64,000 bases of DNA from Macrostomum lignano. Taxonomy: Eukaryota. Every line of letters begins with the position of its first letter. Position 1 is the first letter of the stretch. The stretch lies in contig NIVC01001102.1 of the NCBI GenBank assembly GCA_002269645.1, positions 62,001 to 126,000 of the forward strand, given 5' to 3'. Of the stretch, positions 40,701 through 51,997 are shown piece by piece. The notes under the pieces are model-generated. The model had not been told where the DNA came from. It searched no databases and saw only the letters and a program-made list of their open reading frames with translations. The position numbers and the translations under genes are program-made.

Positions 40701-43700
40701 GGGGTGGTCAGCAATCACAGGCAGGGTTATAATTAATCAAAGACACAACGGGGGGTCACCAATCACAGATAGCACTGCAATATTCGATAATCAAAATCAA
40801 TCAAATGCAAACTAAAATCTCAAAACCCTGCCAACACAACCCAGTCTCAAAAAGGAATTCGCTACCTCCTGGAGAGCATCAATCGCTGCACTCGAGTGCG
40901 CCTGCACTTTCCCAAGCTGGTCACCGAGACAGAGATTCAAGCGTTCGAGCGGGCCGAGTCAGAGTACATCAGCAAGTACTGGAGACCCTACGTGCCAGAC
41001 TACTGGCTGCCTTTGCAGTGGGCGGTGCTGCTGTGCAAGAAGGCCATGGTGCACGGCTTCTGCGACCCCAGGTTTGCGGAGGTTTTTTGTAAATTGGAAT
41101 AGCACTTACGGAACACTATTTAACCTCGTAGCCTTTCAACAAGACATGCTAAAATCATTGCCGGACACTTTAGTTACACTTAAAGAAACCTAGAGCAATA
41201 AAAACTGCGGCACTTCTAAGCACTTCTGGAAGATTGAAGATATTTCATGACACTTTTAGGTACTTTAAGACCACTTGAATAAAGTTTAAGACACTTTAAG
41301 AAGGCTCTACAATAAAGGCACTTCAGGACACAGCTTTAAGACACTTCAAGCACTTCGAAACACTTTAAAACACTTCAAACACTTTAAGACTCTTCAAGAC
41401 TCTTAAACACGCCAAAACACTTTAAGACACTTCATGCACTTCAAGAAACTTCAAGACCACTTAAGACCACTTTATGATACTTCAAGAAAATTTAAGACCA
41501 CTACAAGACACCTCACGACACTTAAAGACACTTTAAGATACTTAAAGACCACTTCGAGACCCGTTAAGATACTTTAAGACCACTTTAAGACACTTTAAAA
41601 TACCTAAAAGATCACTTTAAGACACTTGAATACTCTTAAAGACACTTTAGGACACTTCAGGACACTTCGAGACCATTTCGAGACACTTTAAGACACTTCA
41701 AGACCACTTCGAGACACTTCAAGATCCTTTCAAGAAATTTCAAAGCACTTAGGATACAATGAGCAAACTTCCACTTTAAGCTCTTAAACCCACTATAAGC
41801 TCTATGTCAGTCTATGATCGGAAAATTCTTGAGGATCTTAAATCGAAGCTACCGAATGACATCACAGAGCACAAGTTGATCGATACTCCCCACAAAGACA
41901 ACTTAAGACTCCCCACCACCCCAATCATTTCCTTCCCCAAGGTCGATGGTGAAACTGATGGAAGAAATCGAAGATGTTCGAGGGATGATGCAAACTCTGG
42001 TTATCTACAACGAAGTGATGATCCCTCTGGTTTACACTCAGGTAGAGACATTTGTTATACTTGATGAGACACAATGTCAGAGAGCCACATGGATCCAAGA
42101 ATGCTTAATAACCATTCCACTGCAGGTGGTGATCATAGCCGTTTACAGCTACTTTCTTCTGCAACTATTCAGCCAGCAGTTTGTTAATCCGAAATGGACA
42201 GCTGAAGCGCTGGGCCGGTTGACCAACACCTCCGTGTTGCCCATTTCAACTGGCAGTGAACATCATCATGGAGAAGTTATTGATATGTACTTTCCTGTGT
42301 TCACCGTGTTTCAGGTCAGCATTAATTTCCCTTCGATTGGGTTCCTCTAGAAGAAGTTCAGTTTTTAACAGCTATTTGTTAATAATTTTTCAGTTCCTCT
42401 TTCTGATGGGCTGGCTCAAGGTGGCCATGTGCGTCATGAATCCCTTTGGTGACGATGATGAGGACTTTCACACCCTGGAGATGCTGGATTACAATTTGGA
42501 GGTAAGACTTCTGCAAACACATTTCTAGGACAACTTCAGTTGTCTGCATACATAACCATGGTTGAATAGTCAAGCACACAAAGAGTAATTTTGGATGAGG
42601 CTCCATTCCGAGGTTTAAGTTGTTGACATTTCGATTCTCGAACACTGGCTCGAGATGCTTGGGTCATGACTCTAAGACGCTAAGCATGTTTACACTGGAC
42701 CGTCCGAGAAAAATTGATAGTCAGGGCACTCGTTCACAAGCTTGTGTCCCGCATGCGCAGGCATCGGAACAGCTGGTCCTCAACTATCCATAAGTGTCCC
42801 CAGCCATCAGAAGTGTCCCCAGCCATCAGAAGTGTCCCCATGCAGCAATCAGAAGTGTCCCCATACAGCAATCAGAAGTGTCCCCATGCAGCAATCAGAA
42901 GTGTCCCCATGCAGCAATCAGAAGTGTCCCCATGCAGCAATCAGAAGTGTCCCCATGCAGCAATCAGAAGTGTCCCCATGCAGCAATCAGAAGTGTCCCC
43001 ATGCAGCAATCAGAAGTGTCCCCATGCAGCAATCAGAAGTGTCCCCATGCAGCAATCAGAAGTGTCCCCATACAGCAATCAGAAGTGTCCCCATGCAGCA
43101 GTCAGAAGTGTCCCCATGCAGCAATCAGAAGTGTCCCCATGCAGCAATCAGAAGTGTCCCCATGCAGCAATCAGAAGTGTCCCCATGCAGCAATCAGAAG
43201 TGTCCCCATGCAGCAATCAGAAGTGTCCCCATGCAGCAATCAGAAGTGTCCCCATGCAGCAATCAGAAGTGTCCCCATGCAGCAATCAGAAGTGTCCCCA
43301 TGCAGCAATCAGAAGTGTCCCCATACAGCAATCAGAAGTGTCCCCATGCAGCAATCAGAAGTGTCCCCAGCATACTAAAAGTGCCGCAAGCCATCAAAGC
43401 TCAGCTGGAAGTCCCGAACGGAAACTCCCAGCTGCACCGATGCCTCTCCACTCTCACTCAGATCTCCTCCCGCTGCTCCGAGGCTCCGCCCAGCCAGTTC
43501 CCCGAGGGTCTCAGCGAGGCCTCCATGGAGTGGATTCGCCGATCACCAGGCAGCGAAGCCGACAGCCTGTTCGACTACCTGGCCTCGGCAGAGAGCGAGT
43601 TCCGGCAGGCGGGCGAGCCGAGCCAGGAGGAGCGCCTGCACGAAATTCTGGCGAAGCCGGCACTGCGGCAGCGGCTCCGCGCAGGCTGCTGCCTCCACTG

Positions 43701-43827
43701 CGGCAGCTCCGGCAGCGGCGAGGCCAGCCCGGATGCCGCAGGCGGTCAGCTCAGAATGAAGCGCCTCATTCGAAACGGCAAAACTCCCTCATCGCCTGCG
43801 CTCCAACCTCTGACTTCTGGAGTTTGA
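34708..43827 (+). CDS. BEST: Bestrophin (Ca2+-activated chloride channel family)
   Basis: Exons 34708-34969, 36480-36721, 40291-40389, 40845-41071, 41942-42041, 42126-42314, 42394-42501 and probably 43405-43827 (last acceptor less certain). Motifs: MTVSYS, LLLWRGSLYK, IPLSFILGFFV (neck), RWW, IPLVYTQVV, GWLKVA and NPFGDDDEDF (acidic Ca clasp). Confidence 0.92.
34995..35530. repeat. 11-bp minisatellite GGGTGAGATTC following the bestrophin exon 1 donor
   Basis: Dozens of copies, each containing GTGAG. Confidence 0.93.
36125..36415. repeat. ~30-bp repeat ATTGTCTATGACCTACTGAGCATGACCGCA
   Basis: Tandem copies before the 36480 acceptor. Confidence 0.88.
36760..37525. repeat. 20-bp minisatellite GATAAAAAGCCAATCAAGCT
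   Basis: Two homogeneous blocks with degenerate flanks. Confidence 0.93.
39084..39912 (-). mobile_element. Internally deleted Tc1/mariner-IS630 type DNA transposon retaining only the N-terminal HTH coding region
   Basis: 45-bp TIRs with one mismatch, TA TSD (39082-83, 39913-14), inner inverted repeats at 39182-39230 and 39745-39793. ORF 39727-39197 has paired-like HTH segments (SVAEIANMLDLKRSSVYNIW; ISTVSRAL) but no DDE domain. Confidence 0.88.
41160..41760. repeat. Degenerate ~10-11-bp GACACTTTAA repeat
   Basis: Tandem periodicity. Confidence 0.85.
42788..43370. repeat. 23-bp minisatellite CATGCAGCAATCAGAAGTGTCCC
   Basis: About 25 copies; no stop codon in any + frame. Confidence 0.95.
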
Positions 43828-43849
43828 GACTTGGACTCCTGTTAGAGCT

Positions 43850-44352
43850 GAGCAGTTCTGCTCAGAGTGATTCAGTACAGTACTGTGTGCCAGAGTGATT
43901 CAGTACAGTACTGTGTGCTCAGAGTGATTCAGTACAGTACTGTGTGCCAGAGTGATTCAGTACAGTACTGTGTGCTCAGAGTGATTCAGTACAGTACTGT
44001 GTGCTCAGAGTGATTCAGTACAGTACTGTGTGCTCAGAGTGATTCAGTACAGTACTGTGTGCTCAGAGTGATTCAGTACAGTACTGTGTGCTCAGAGTGA
44101 TTCAGTACTGTGTGCTCAGAGTGATTCAGTACAGTACTGTGTGCTCAGAGTGATTCAGTACAGTACTGTGTGCTCAGAGTGATTCAGTACAGTACTGTGT
44201 GCTCAGAGTGATTCAGTACAGTACTGTGTGCTCAGAGTGATTCAGTACAGTACTGTGTGCTCAGAGTGATTCAGTACAGTACTGTGTGCTCAGAGTGATT
44301 CAGTACAGTACTGTGTGCTCAGAGTGATTCAGTACAGTACTGTGTGCTCAGA
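43850..44352. repeat. 29-bp minisatellite CTCAGAGTGATTCAGTACAGTACTGTGTG, just after the bestrophin stop
   Basis: About 17 copies. Confidence 0.95.
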
Positions 44353-44954
44353 GATTAGATAATGTCAGCTACTAAACAGCATATTGTCAGTCATTTTCAT
44401 AGCACCTAAATGTCAGATCCTGGTTTGACAGCAGCGGCAATGCTGACCCTGCCTTCAGCACTCTGGCAGGCTGATTTCTAAGAATGAAGTTGAATGCATG
44501 AGTCGTTATTTTTATTATACTCTCAGTATTCTCAAGTTTGCTGTCTGTCTGCTTTAAAAACGCGTGTTTTACTTTTCAATGAACGTCAAGTCTGATTATC
44601 AAATAACCTAAGTTAATTAATTTTGTACAGTTAACATAAAATGCGATTTTTATTTCAGTGAAAAGACTTTTGTGTAATTCCTTTTTATGACTAAATGCAT
44701 GTATTTAGTTTTTTTAATTTTGCCATTATTGTAATACAAATAGACTGAGATTGATATTGTCTGAGAATGCTTAATGTTACAGAGTTTTGTGGCCATTTAA
44801 AGTTTGTTATTCAGAGGCTTTGAGACAAATTTATTCGCGCTCCGAAATAAAATTACTGCTTAGCTCACCGATGCTACTCTTAGTAGAAGAACAGTCTACG
44901 AGCGTATAAGTCAATTTTGTAATTTCGCACTGCGGAGTGCTGGATCTCAAATGG

Positions 44955-45235
44955 CACCTGTTAGTTACTGATGCCACCTGTTAGTTACTGATGTCACCTG
45001 TTAGATACTGATGTCACCTGTTAGATACTGATGTCACCTGTTAGATACTGATGTCACCTGTTAGATACTGATGTCACCTGTTAGATACTGATGTCACCTG
45101 TTAGATACTGATGTCACCTGTTAGATACTGATGTCACCTGTTAGATACTGATGTCACCTGTTAGATACTGATGTCACCTGTTAGATACTGATGTCACCTG
45201 TTAGATACTGATGTCACCTGTGAGATACTGATGTA
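44955..45235. repeat. 20-bp minisatellite CTGATGTCACCTGTTAGATA
   Basis: About 14 near-identical copies. Confidence 0.95.
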
Positions 45236-45618
45236 ATGTGTCACTGGCAAACCCAAGCAGCTATTCTCCATCCATTTGAGATCAGCAACATAAAAATCCT
45301 CAGTCATGCATTCTCTGCAAAACATTTGCCATGCAACTGCGAACTAAATTGAAAATCGTCAGAGAGCTCTGCTTGACTTACAAACCTCAGCGCTGCCCTC
45401 CCTCCCCTCTCCATCTCTCTCTCCCCTTGTGTCTCAGCTGCCGCCCATTCACCCCTGTCCACTGACAATGCACTTGCTATGCCGAGCACGCAGCCACAGT
45501 CAGCTCTCATTGTTTAACTCAGCAGAGCTCGCAGCATCTCACTTTTGAGACCTTAGCTGCTGCTGAGCTGGCAGGAAAATTCGCTTGAAGAAGAGCAAAG
45601 CACTCAGTTTGAAGCCGT

Positions 45619-48600
45619 ATGGAACAGCTGCGGCGGAAAGCAAATCGGCAGAGAAGCGCCGCTAGGAGCAGTGTAGCAATGGCAAAAGAGATACAGCGGA
45701 AGTTAAGAGAGGCGCTGGAGGCTGAAGACAGCGAGGAGCTGCAGCTAGTGTGTGGCAAGGTCGGCAGCAACATGGAGCTGGAGGTGGGCGGCTTCGACAG
45801 GCAAGAATCTCCCTTTGAAGAGCTTCGCCACATGCCGCTGGCCCACCACGTGGCCTGCAAGCCGGTGAGATTGTCGTGCCTGGAGCTGCTGATTGACAGA
45901 TTTGGACCCGACTGCCTGACACAAAGAAATGATAGGGGTGATGGTGAGACTCCAGTGCACTTGGCGGCCCAGCATCAGGACGAGTCTTGGATGGAGCTGG
46001 TTAAAGAGAAGGGAGGCAGAGACTGCTTGAGAATTATCGATCGATTGGAAGGGACAGTCGCTAACTATGGTGCTATGAACAAAAAAAGCAACTCTTGTCT
46101 AAAGTGGCTGGTGAAGGAGCTCGGCAGCGACTGTCTCACAGTTCCTGACAAAGACGGGGACACGGCCGTCCATTTGGCGGCTCAGCATCAGGGTGTCGAG
46201 ACGCTCGAGTGGATCAAGAGACAGATCGGAACTGACTGCTTTCGGCTGAAGACAGAGTGTGATAGAAACGCATTTCATTTTGCTGCTGAGAAGCCTGAGA
46301 ACTCAAATCTCAAGTGGCTGGTGATGGAGGTCGGCAGCGACTGTCTCACAGTTCCTGACGAAGACGGTGACACGGCCGTCCATTTGGCCGCTCAGTGGCA
46401 GCCAGTCGACTCTCTTCAGTTCATTTTTGACCAAATTGCAGCCGAAACGCTTAGCTTGAAGAACAACAAGGGAGAAACACCGGCTGATGCTGTTGAGAGT
46501 GATCGGTGTCGCACAGACAAGTCAGCAAAGCGGGCCTGGATTTCCTCCACGCAGCGGTGGCTCAAAGCCTCTCGGTCTCCCGCTGGCAGCTCAGCGCCGC
46601 CTGCCGCCTCAGCTGGGTGAGTCCTGACTGAGAACTGCTGCCTGACACTAAAAATACAGAAAATATTTTCTTGGCGAAAATTGATAGCGCTTTGATGATT
46701 GGCGCCCTAAAATTCTCAGCAGCGCTGCAGTCAAGCGAGTGGCACGAATTTGTCAGGGCAGCTCCTCATGGCGCCCCTAATCTCTTTATGGCAACCTTAA
46801 CCTCCCAGAGCTTAATCTACGGAAGGACCTTCTTCAAAAAAACCTTCTTCTTCAGTAAAATGAATTGTAAAAGTTCTTAAATGCTACTAAGATTGTTGGC
46901 CCTTATTGGCGATAGCTATACTGTCTAACAAAAGTTCTTGTACGGTTGCTTCTGTTGCCTCCAGTATCCATAATTTCCATCCGTTTCAAATGAAAATTAG
47001 TGCAAATGAAAGCTGGGAATCTCTGCAACATTTTTTGTTTCACCGTATTTTTTTATTCTGGAGTGGCAGCTTGCCTTTTAGCACAGACAAGTCGAATGAA
47101 AAAAGTGACAGAATGACATAGAGCAAGCAGTCTATGGCCAACTTTCTTCACGCGCTGACAAACTCCACAGAGTGTCTAGGAAGCCTTCTGTCGATCGATC
47201 GCTCTGTGTGTGGGGTTTGCTTTACTTCTTCATACCAGGCGACATGTCTATGGCCTAAAGATAAATAGCGAGACAACAAGGAAAAGATCGATTAAGTGGT
47301 TTTCTAGACATTTAGTGACGAAAAAATAAGGCCTAGACAGCCAAGTTGGCCATAGACTGCTTGCTCTATGTCATTCTGTCACTTTTTTCATTCGACCTGT
47401 CTGTGCTAAAAGGCAAGCTGCCACTCCAGAATAAAAAAATACGGTGAAACAAAAATGTTGCAGAGATTTCCAGCTTTCATTTGCACTAATTTTCATTTGA
47501 AACGGATGGAAATTATGGATACCAGAGGCAACAGAAGCAACCGTACAAGAACTTTTGTTAGACAATATACCTGTAATGCAAAAGCCAGCAAAGCCGGAAG
47601 TGACACGGTGAAACTCGATACCCTGGGACTCGCACTCTCTCAGTTTTGAGCTCTAAAAAGCAGTCGCAAAACTTACTGGGAGTTCAGAAAATCGGTGAAG
47701 CATTTTGAAGTCCAGCTGCAGGCTTGTCATTCCGTTGCGTGAGAGCTGAGGCAGCTGCCGCAATGGGCGGGCAAGGGGGCTTGCGGGTTGGGTTTCGAAT
47801 CCGATGGCTGATCTCAGAACTAACTTTATTTTAGGGTTTTATTTGGAAGTAGGATCGGAAATTGTTTTTCCATTCGGGCTTTAGTATGTTGGGGCGGTCA
47901 GCAACCGCCTCCCTCATTCGCCCCCACAGCGCTACAGCTCACCGCCCAGCCTCATCGGCCGCTTCTGAGCAGGGCGCTGACGGGGTTGGGGCGCCGAACC
48001 GCGTAAGGCCACCGCCTGGACCGACTTCGACATCCGAGAGGGGACCACCTGAGGTGACTCAGTGAGTCCACGCTTAAAATATGGTGACGGCCCTAGGTCA
48101 CGCAGAAGGGTGGTCACGCAGAAGGGTGGTCACGCAGAAGGCTGGTCACGCAGAAGGCTGGTCACACAGAAGGCTGGTCACGCAGAAGGCTGGTCACGCA
48201 GAAGGGTGGTCACGCAGAAGAGTGGTCACGCAGAAGAGTGGTCACGCAGAAGAGTGGTCACGCAGAAGAGTGGTCACGCAGAAGGGTGGTCACGCATGAG
48301 GGTGGTCACGCAGAAGGCTGGTCACGCAGAAGGCTGAGAAAGTACTCAGGAAGCCCCAAGCAACACAAAATTTATCGAATTCCTTATGTTTTCAGCGCCA
48401 AAAAGCAGCTGGATCCGAGCTTCACCGACTGGGAATTCATCCTGCAGAACAACAAGAAGCAGCTCATCGGCCGTGGCGGATTCGGTGAGGTGTACAAGGC
48501 CCTCACAGATTGCATCCAGACGGTGGCTGTCAAGGTGCTGCCCCTGAGCGGCACCAGCCAATCGGGGAAGCTGCAGAAAGCCGTCGAGATGGAGAAGCGA

Positions 48601-49443
48601 GGAGTTGAGATCCTCAAGAGAATCTCGCATCCCAACATTCTGCAGTTCCTCAAGTGCGAGCAGAAGTCAGATGGGCTGTACATCTTCACCGAGCTGGTCT
48701 CGGGTCACAGCCTCTTTGAGCTGATGCAGCGTCAGAACAAGCCGTTCAAGGAGTCCGGGGTCAGGGACTTCTCCAGACAGGTGCGTCTCTGGGTTGTCTG
48801 GGATTGCCTGGCATGGGTGGGATCAGTGTGGGATCAGTGTGGGATCAGTGTGGGATCAGTGTGGGATCAGTGTGGGAGTAGGTATGGGGTCAGTGTGGGT
48901 GGGATCAAAAATGAATTCATGCAATTTTATAACTGCTCAAAACTGCTCCACATGCAGATCTGCTCAGGCCTGAACTTCCTGCACTGCCAGCTGGAGGGCG
49001 CCATCTTGCACCGTGACATCAAGAGCTCTAATATAATGCTCACCAACGAAGGTGTCATCAAGCTGATCGACTTTGGTCTCGCCAAGGAGATCGTCGGCAC
49101 CTGCGGCCTGAGCACAGGCGTCGATCCCAAAGGCACCCCCTACTTCATGGCGCCCGAGCTGTTCATGGGCGAGGGCGACTCGATTCCGTACTCAGCCAAG
49201 ACCGACGTGTGGGCCTTCGGCTGCACCGTGTATGAGCTGACGGCCATGCAGCCTCCTGACGCGAACGTTCAGCAGTTCCGGATCGGCGTCGTGAGGTGCG
49301 CAGGGCGGGCGATGCCTCGGATTGCGGACGGGTTCTCAGCCGGCCTGAAGGACTTCTACCTCAGGTGCGTAGACTATGACCCGAGGAAGCGAGCGGACAC
49401 CGCGGAGCTGCTGCGGCACAGCTTCCTGAGAGCCTCATCGTGA
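45619..49443 (+). CDS. Ankyrin-repeat protein fused to a C-terminal STE/MAP3K-like Ser/Thr kinase
   Basis: Exons 45619-46616 (GG|GTGAGT; ankyrin GETPVHLAA and GDTAVHLAA repeats), 47930-48061, 48396-48780 and 48958-49443. The first two junctions are phase 2 and the third is phase 0. Kinase motifs GRGGFG, VAVK, HRDIKSSN, DFG, GTPYFMAPE, DVWAFG. Confidence 0.82.
46921..47565. mobile_element. MITE/foldback element with about 224-bp TIRs, in intron 1 of the ankyrin-kinase gene
   Basis: 46921-47144 is the near-perfect reverse complement of 47343-47565; TA flanks on both sides; 198-bp non-coding spacer. Confidence 0.85.
48085..48335. repeat. 16-bp minisatellite GGTCACGCAGAAGG(G/C)T
   Basis: Fills intron 48062-48395. 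Confidence 0.92.
48826..48905. repeat. 11-bp repeat GGGATCAGTGT in the kinase intron
   Basis: About six copies. Confidence 0.85.
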
Positions 49444-50337
49444 CTGCGAGAGCGACGGGCTGTGAGGGAGCGGAGCGACTCTTGAAGCGGGCGGTTTTGC
49501 CGAATGCTGTCTGTTAATTACGGAGTTTGCTTTTGCCATTTTTTGCATCAAAGTTCCTTTTTCTGTTACTGGGGCACAAGTGAAGGATTTTGGTAGTCAA
49601 TGAGCTCCGAGCCATGCAGCGAAGCAGCTAACCTGGGATCTGAGCTGATCTGAATATCAATTGGGTCTTCCAATGAACCTGAGGCATTAATCATTTGTTT
49701 ATCCTTAAACTGCAATGACGTTGGGCAGTTGTCGGCAGTGCAAATTCAAATATTTTTGGAACCCAACTTTTTTAAGACTGGGTGGCCTGTTCCTTGTTTT
49801 AGCGGAGCTTAACTTAAACCAGAACCTCAGAGTCTTACTTTTTGACAAAAAATTTCATGATACTTGCGTCCATTTTGTTTAACCGGTTGCCTTGTTTCTT
49901 TATCTAATTACATCCTTTGTTTAATCAACTGTCATGCCTGCTGCCACCCGATGCCCGGATCAATTATCCAATCACAGTTTTTATTATTCGGCCCCGATTT
50001 CATTTTTTTTTGACTGCCGGGTTTGTTTTACCGGTTGCTCCTTTCAATCAATGAGACATTTTTGTGCTGACTCGAGTGTTATTCCAGTTTTAAGCTGATC
50101 AATGTTGATTTTAAAACTCTGGCACAAGGCCAATCACAATTTCCCCAATCTGCTCAGACTGCTCAGTGCCTACTGCAGATTTTCTGTTGCCGAGAATTTT
50201 TCACATTTTCAGCCACCGGTTTGGAGCTTTTTCCGGCACTGATTTTTGATTTGATTTTTGGACTGACTTTTTATAACTGTTGGAGCAGGAAGTGCAGTGC
50301 TTACTCAAGAGTTCTCAGTTAAATATACAGACACCGT

Positions 50338-50815
50338 TTGACTTGCCGTGACCCGCTGTGTCCTGACTTGTCGTGACCCGCTGTGTCCTGACTTGCCGTG
50401 ACCCGCTGTGTCCTGACTTGCCGTGACCCGCTGTGTCCTGACTTGCCGTGACCCGCTGTGTCCTGACTTGCTGTGACCCGCTGTGTCCTGACTTGCCGTG
50501 ACCCGCTGTGTCCTGACTTGCCGTGACCCGCTGTGTCCTGACTTGCTGTGACCCGCTGTGTCCTGACTTGCCGTGACCCGCTGTGCCCTGACTTGCCGTG
50601 ACCCGCTGTGTCCTGACCTGCCGTGACCCGCTGTGTCCTGACTTGCCGTGACCCGCTTTGTCCTGACCTGCCGTGACCCGCTGTGTCCTGACTTGCCGTG
50701 ACCCGCTGTGTCCTGACTTGCCGTGACCCGCTGTGTCCTGACTTGCCGTGACCCGCTGTGTCCTGACTTGCCGTGACCCGCTGTGTCCTGACTTGCCGTG
50801 ACCCGCTGTGTCCTA
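50338..50815. repeat. 25-bp minisatellite GACTTGCCGTGACCCGCTGTGTCCT
   Basis: About 19 copies. Confidence 0.95.
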
Positions 50816-51997
50816 TTTCATATTTCCATATTCGCAGCATCATTTCTGAGCCTCACTCAGTGCAATGCACAGAACAGTGTGGGGAGGGCAGAGCTGATGA
50901 AGCAGGCATGCAGTGAAGCTGGCCATTGTTTTCAAAGGGCTTGCAGAGTGTCATGAGGTCTGAGGCTGCCTCACGGCTCGGCCCCTCACGCAGTGAGCAG
51001 GAGATTTGCAGAGCCCTTAACTGCACCGACGCTGCAGAGCTGCTCCAGTTGCTATGGCAACGGGGAGACTCGAGCTCGGAGAGACGCAGAGAAGTCTGTG
51101 GACAGCTGAGCAATCTGCTCACCTGGAGGCTGGGTGGTGCGGCTGGTTGCTTTATCTGCACAAAAGTGAGTTGGAACGAGCATCAGCCATTCTGTGCGTC
51201 TCTTTTGAACAGCTGATGCTGCATCAAAGATGCTGGCAGACACTTGAGTCTGTGCTCACTCAGTGCACTGTGCAATGCACATAAATAAGTGTTTGCAGTG
51301 GCTTCGCATTGCATTGAACTGAGACAATGGCGGGGCATGAGGGCTGCTCAGCCACCTCAGCGGGGCGCCGCTGTTTTGAGCAGGAAAATGAGAATCAAAC
51401 CGCATTTCTGCTTTTATTTGGACCGGATTTGGTGGGAAAACACTTTTTATGCTACTAGTTTCAAACCAAATGCACACTTGCGCTGCTGTATATGATACGA
51501 GCGTATAACAGATATGGTGTTCTGTTAGACATGGGAGTGTCCTGTTAGACATTAGACCTTTGCTAATTTCACCCACTAGACTGTCTGTAGACTGAAAAAG
51601 TCAAGGGTAATGGTAGGCTGTTTTACTGGCTTGTATATTTTCTTGCAAAGAAGAGTTCCAATTGGTTCAATTTAGCGGTATGGGAGACGCGACCTCAAAG
51701 TATTTATAATTTTGTTCAAATGATGGCATACAATATGGTGCATAAAAACAAAAAGATGGGGGTAAAAAGTGAGTAGTCAGGATTTTTTTCTAAGCTAGTT
51801 TGATCAGAATAACTAAGAACATTTCATTACAGGCTACAGGCATTACTGATAGCAACAGCTCGGCTTGAGGCTTACGTGAGGAATGCCACCAGTTCCTTGT
51901 GCTCTAAAGGTGCATTTTAGACACTGTAAAATTGGTCAATCCAACAAATAAAATGTGAGGTTGTGCATTCAATCGTCCAGTCAGCACTCGCTCAGCA

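Noticed and set aside
45619-46620. Stand-alone ankyrin gene ending at TGA 46620
   Set aside because: The stop overlaps a GTGAGT donor whose phase matches downstream exons leading into the kinase.
47785-47805. Isolated B-box-like GGTTTCGAATCC
   Set aside because: No matching A-box, tail or TSD could be established.
48781-48957. Read-through of the kinase as one 401-aa ORF with a 59-aa insert
   Set aside because: It is a GT-AG intron (177 nt) containing an 11-bp repeat; removing it restores FSRQ|ICSGL. The same applies to the 84-nt bestrophin intron 42042-42125.
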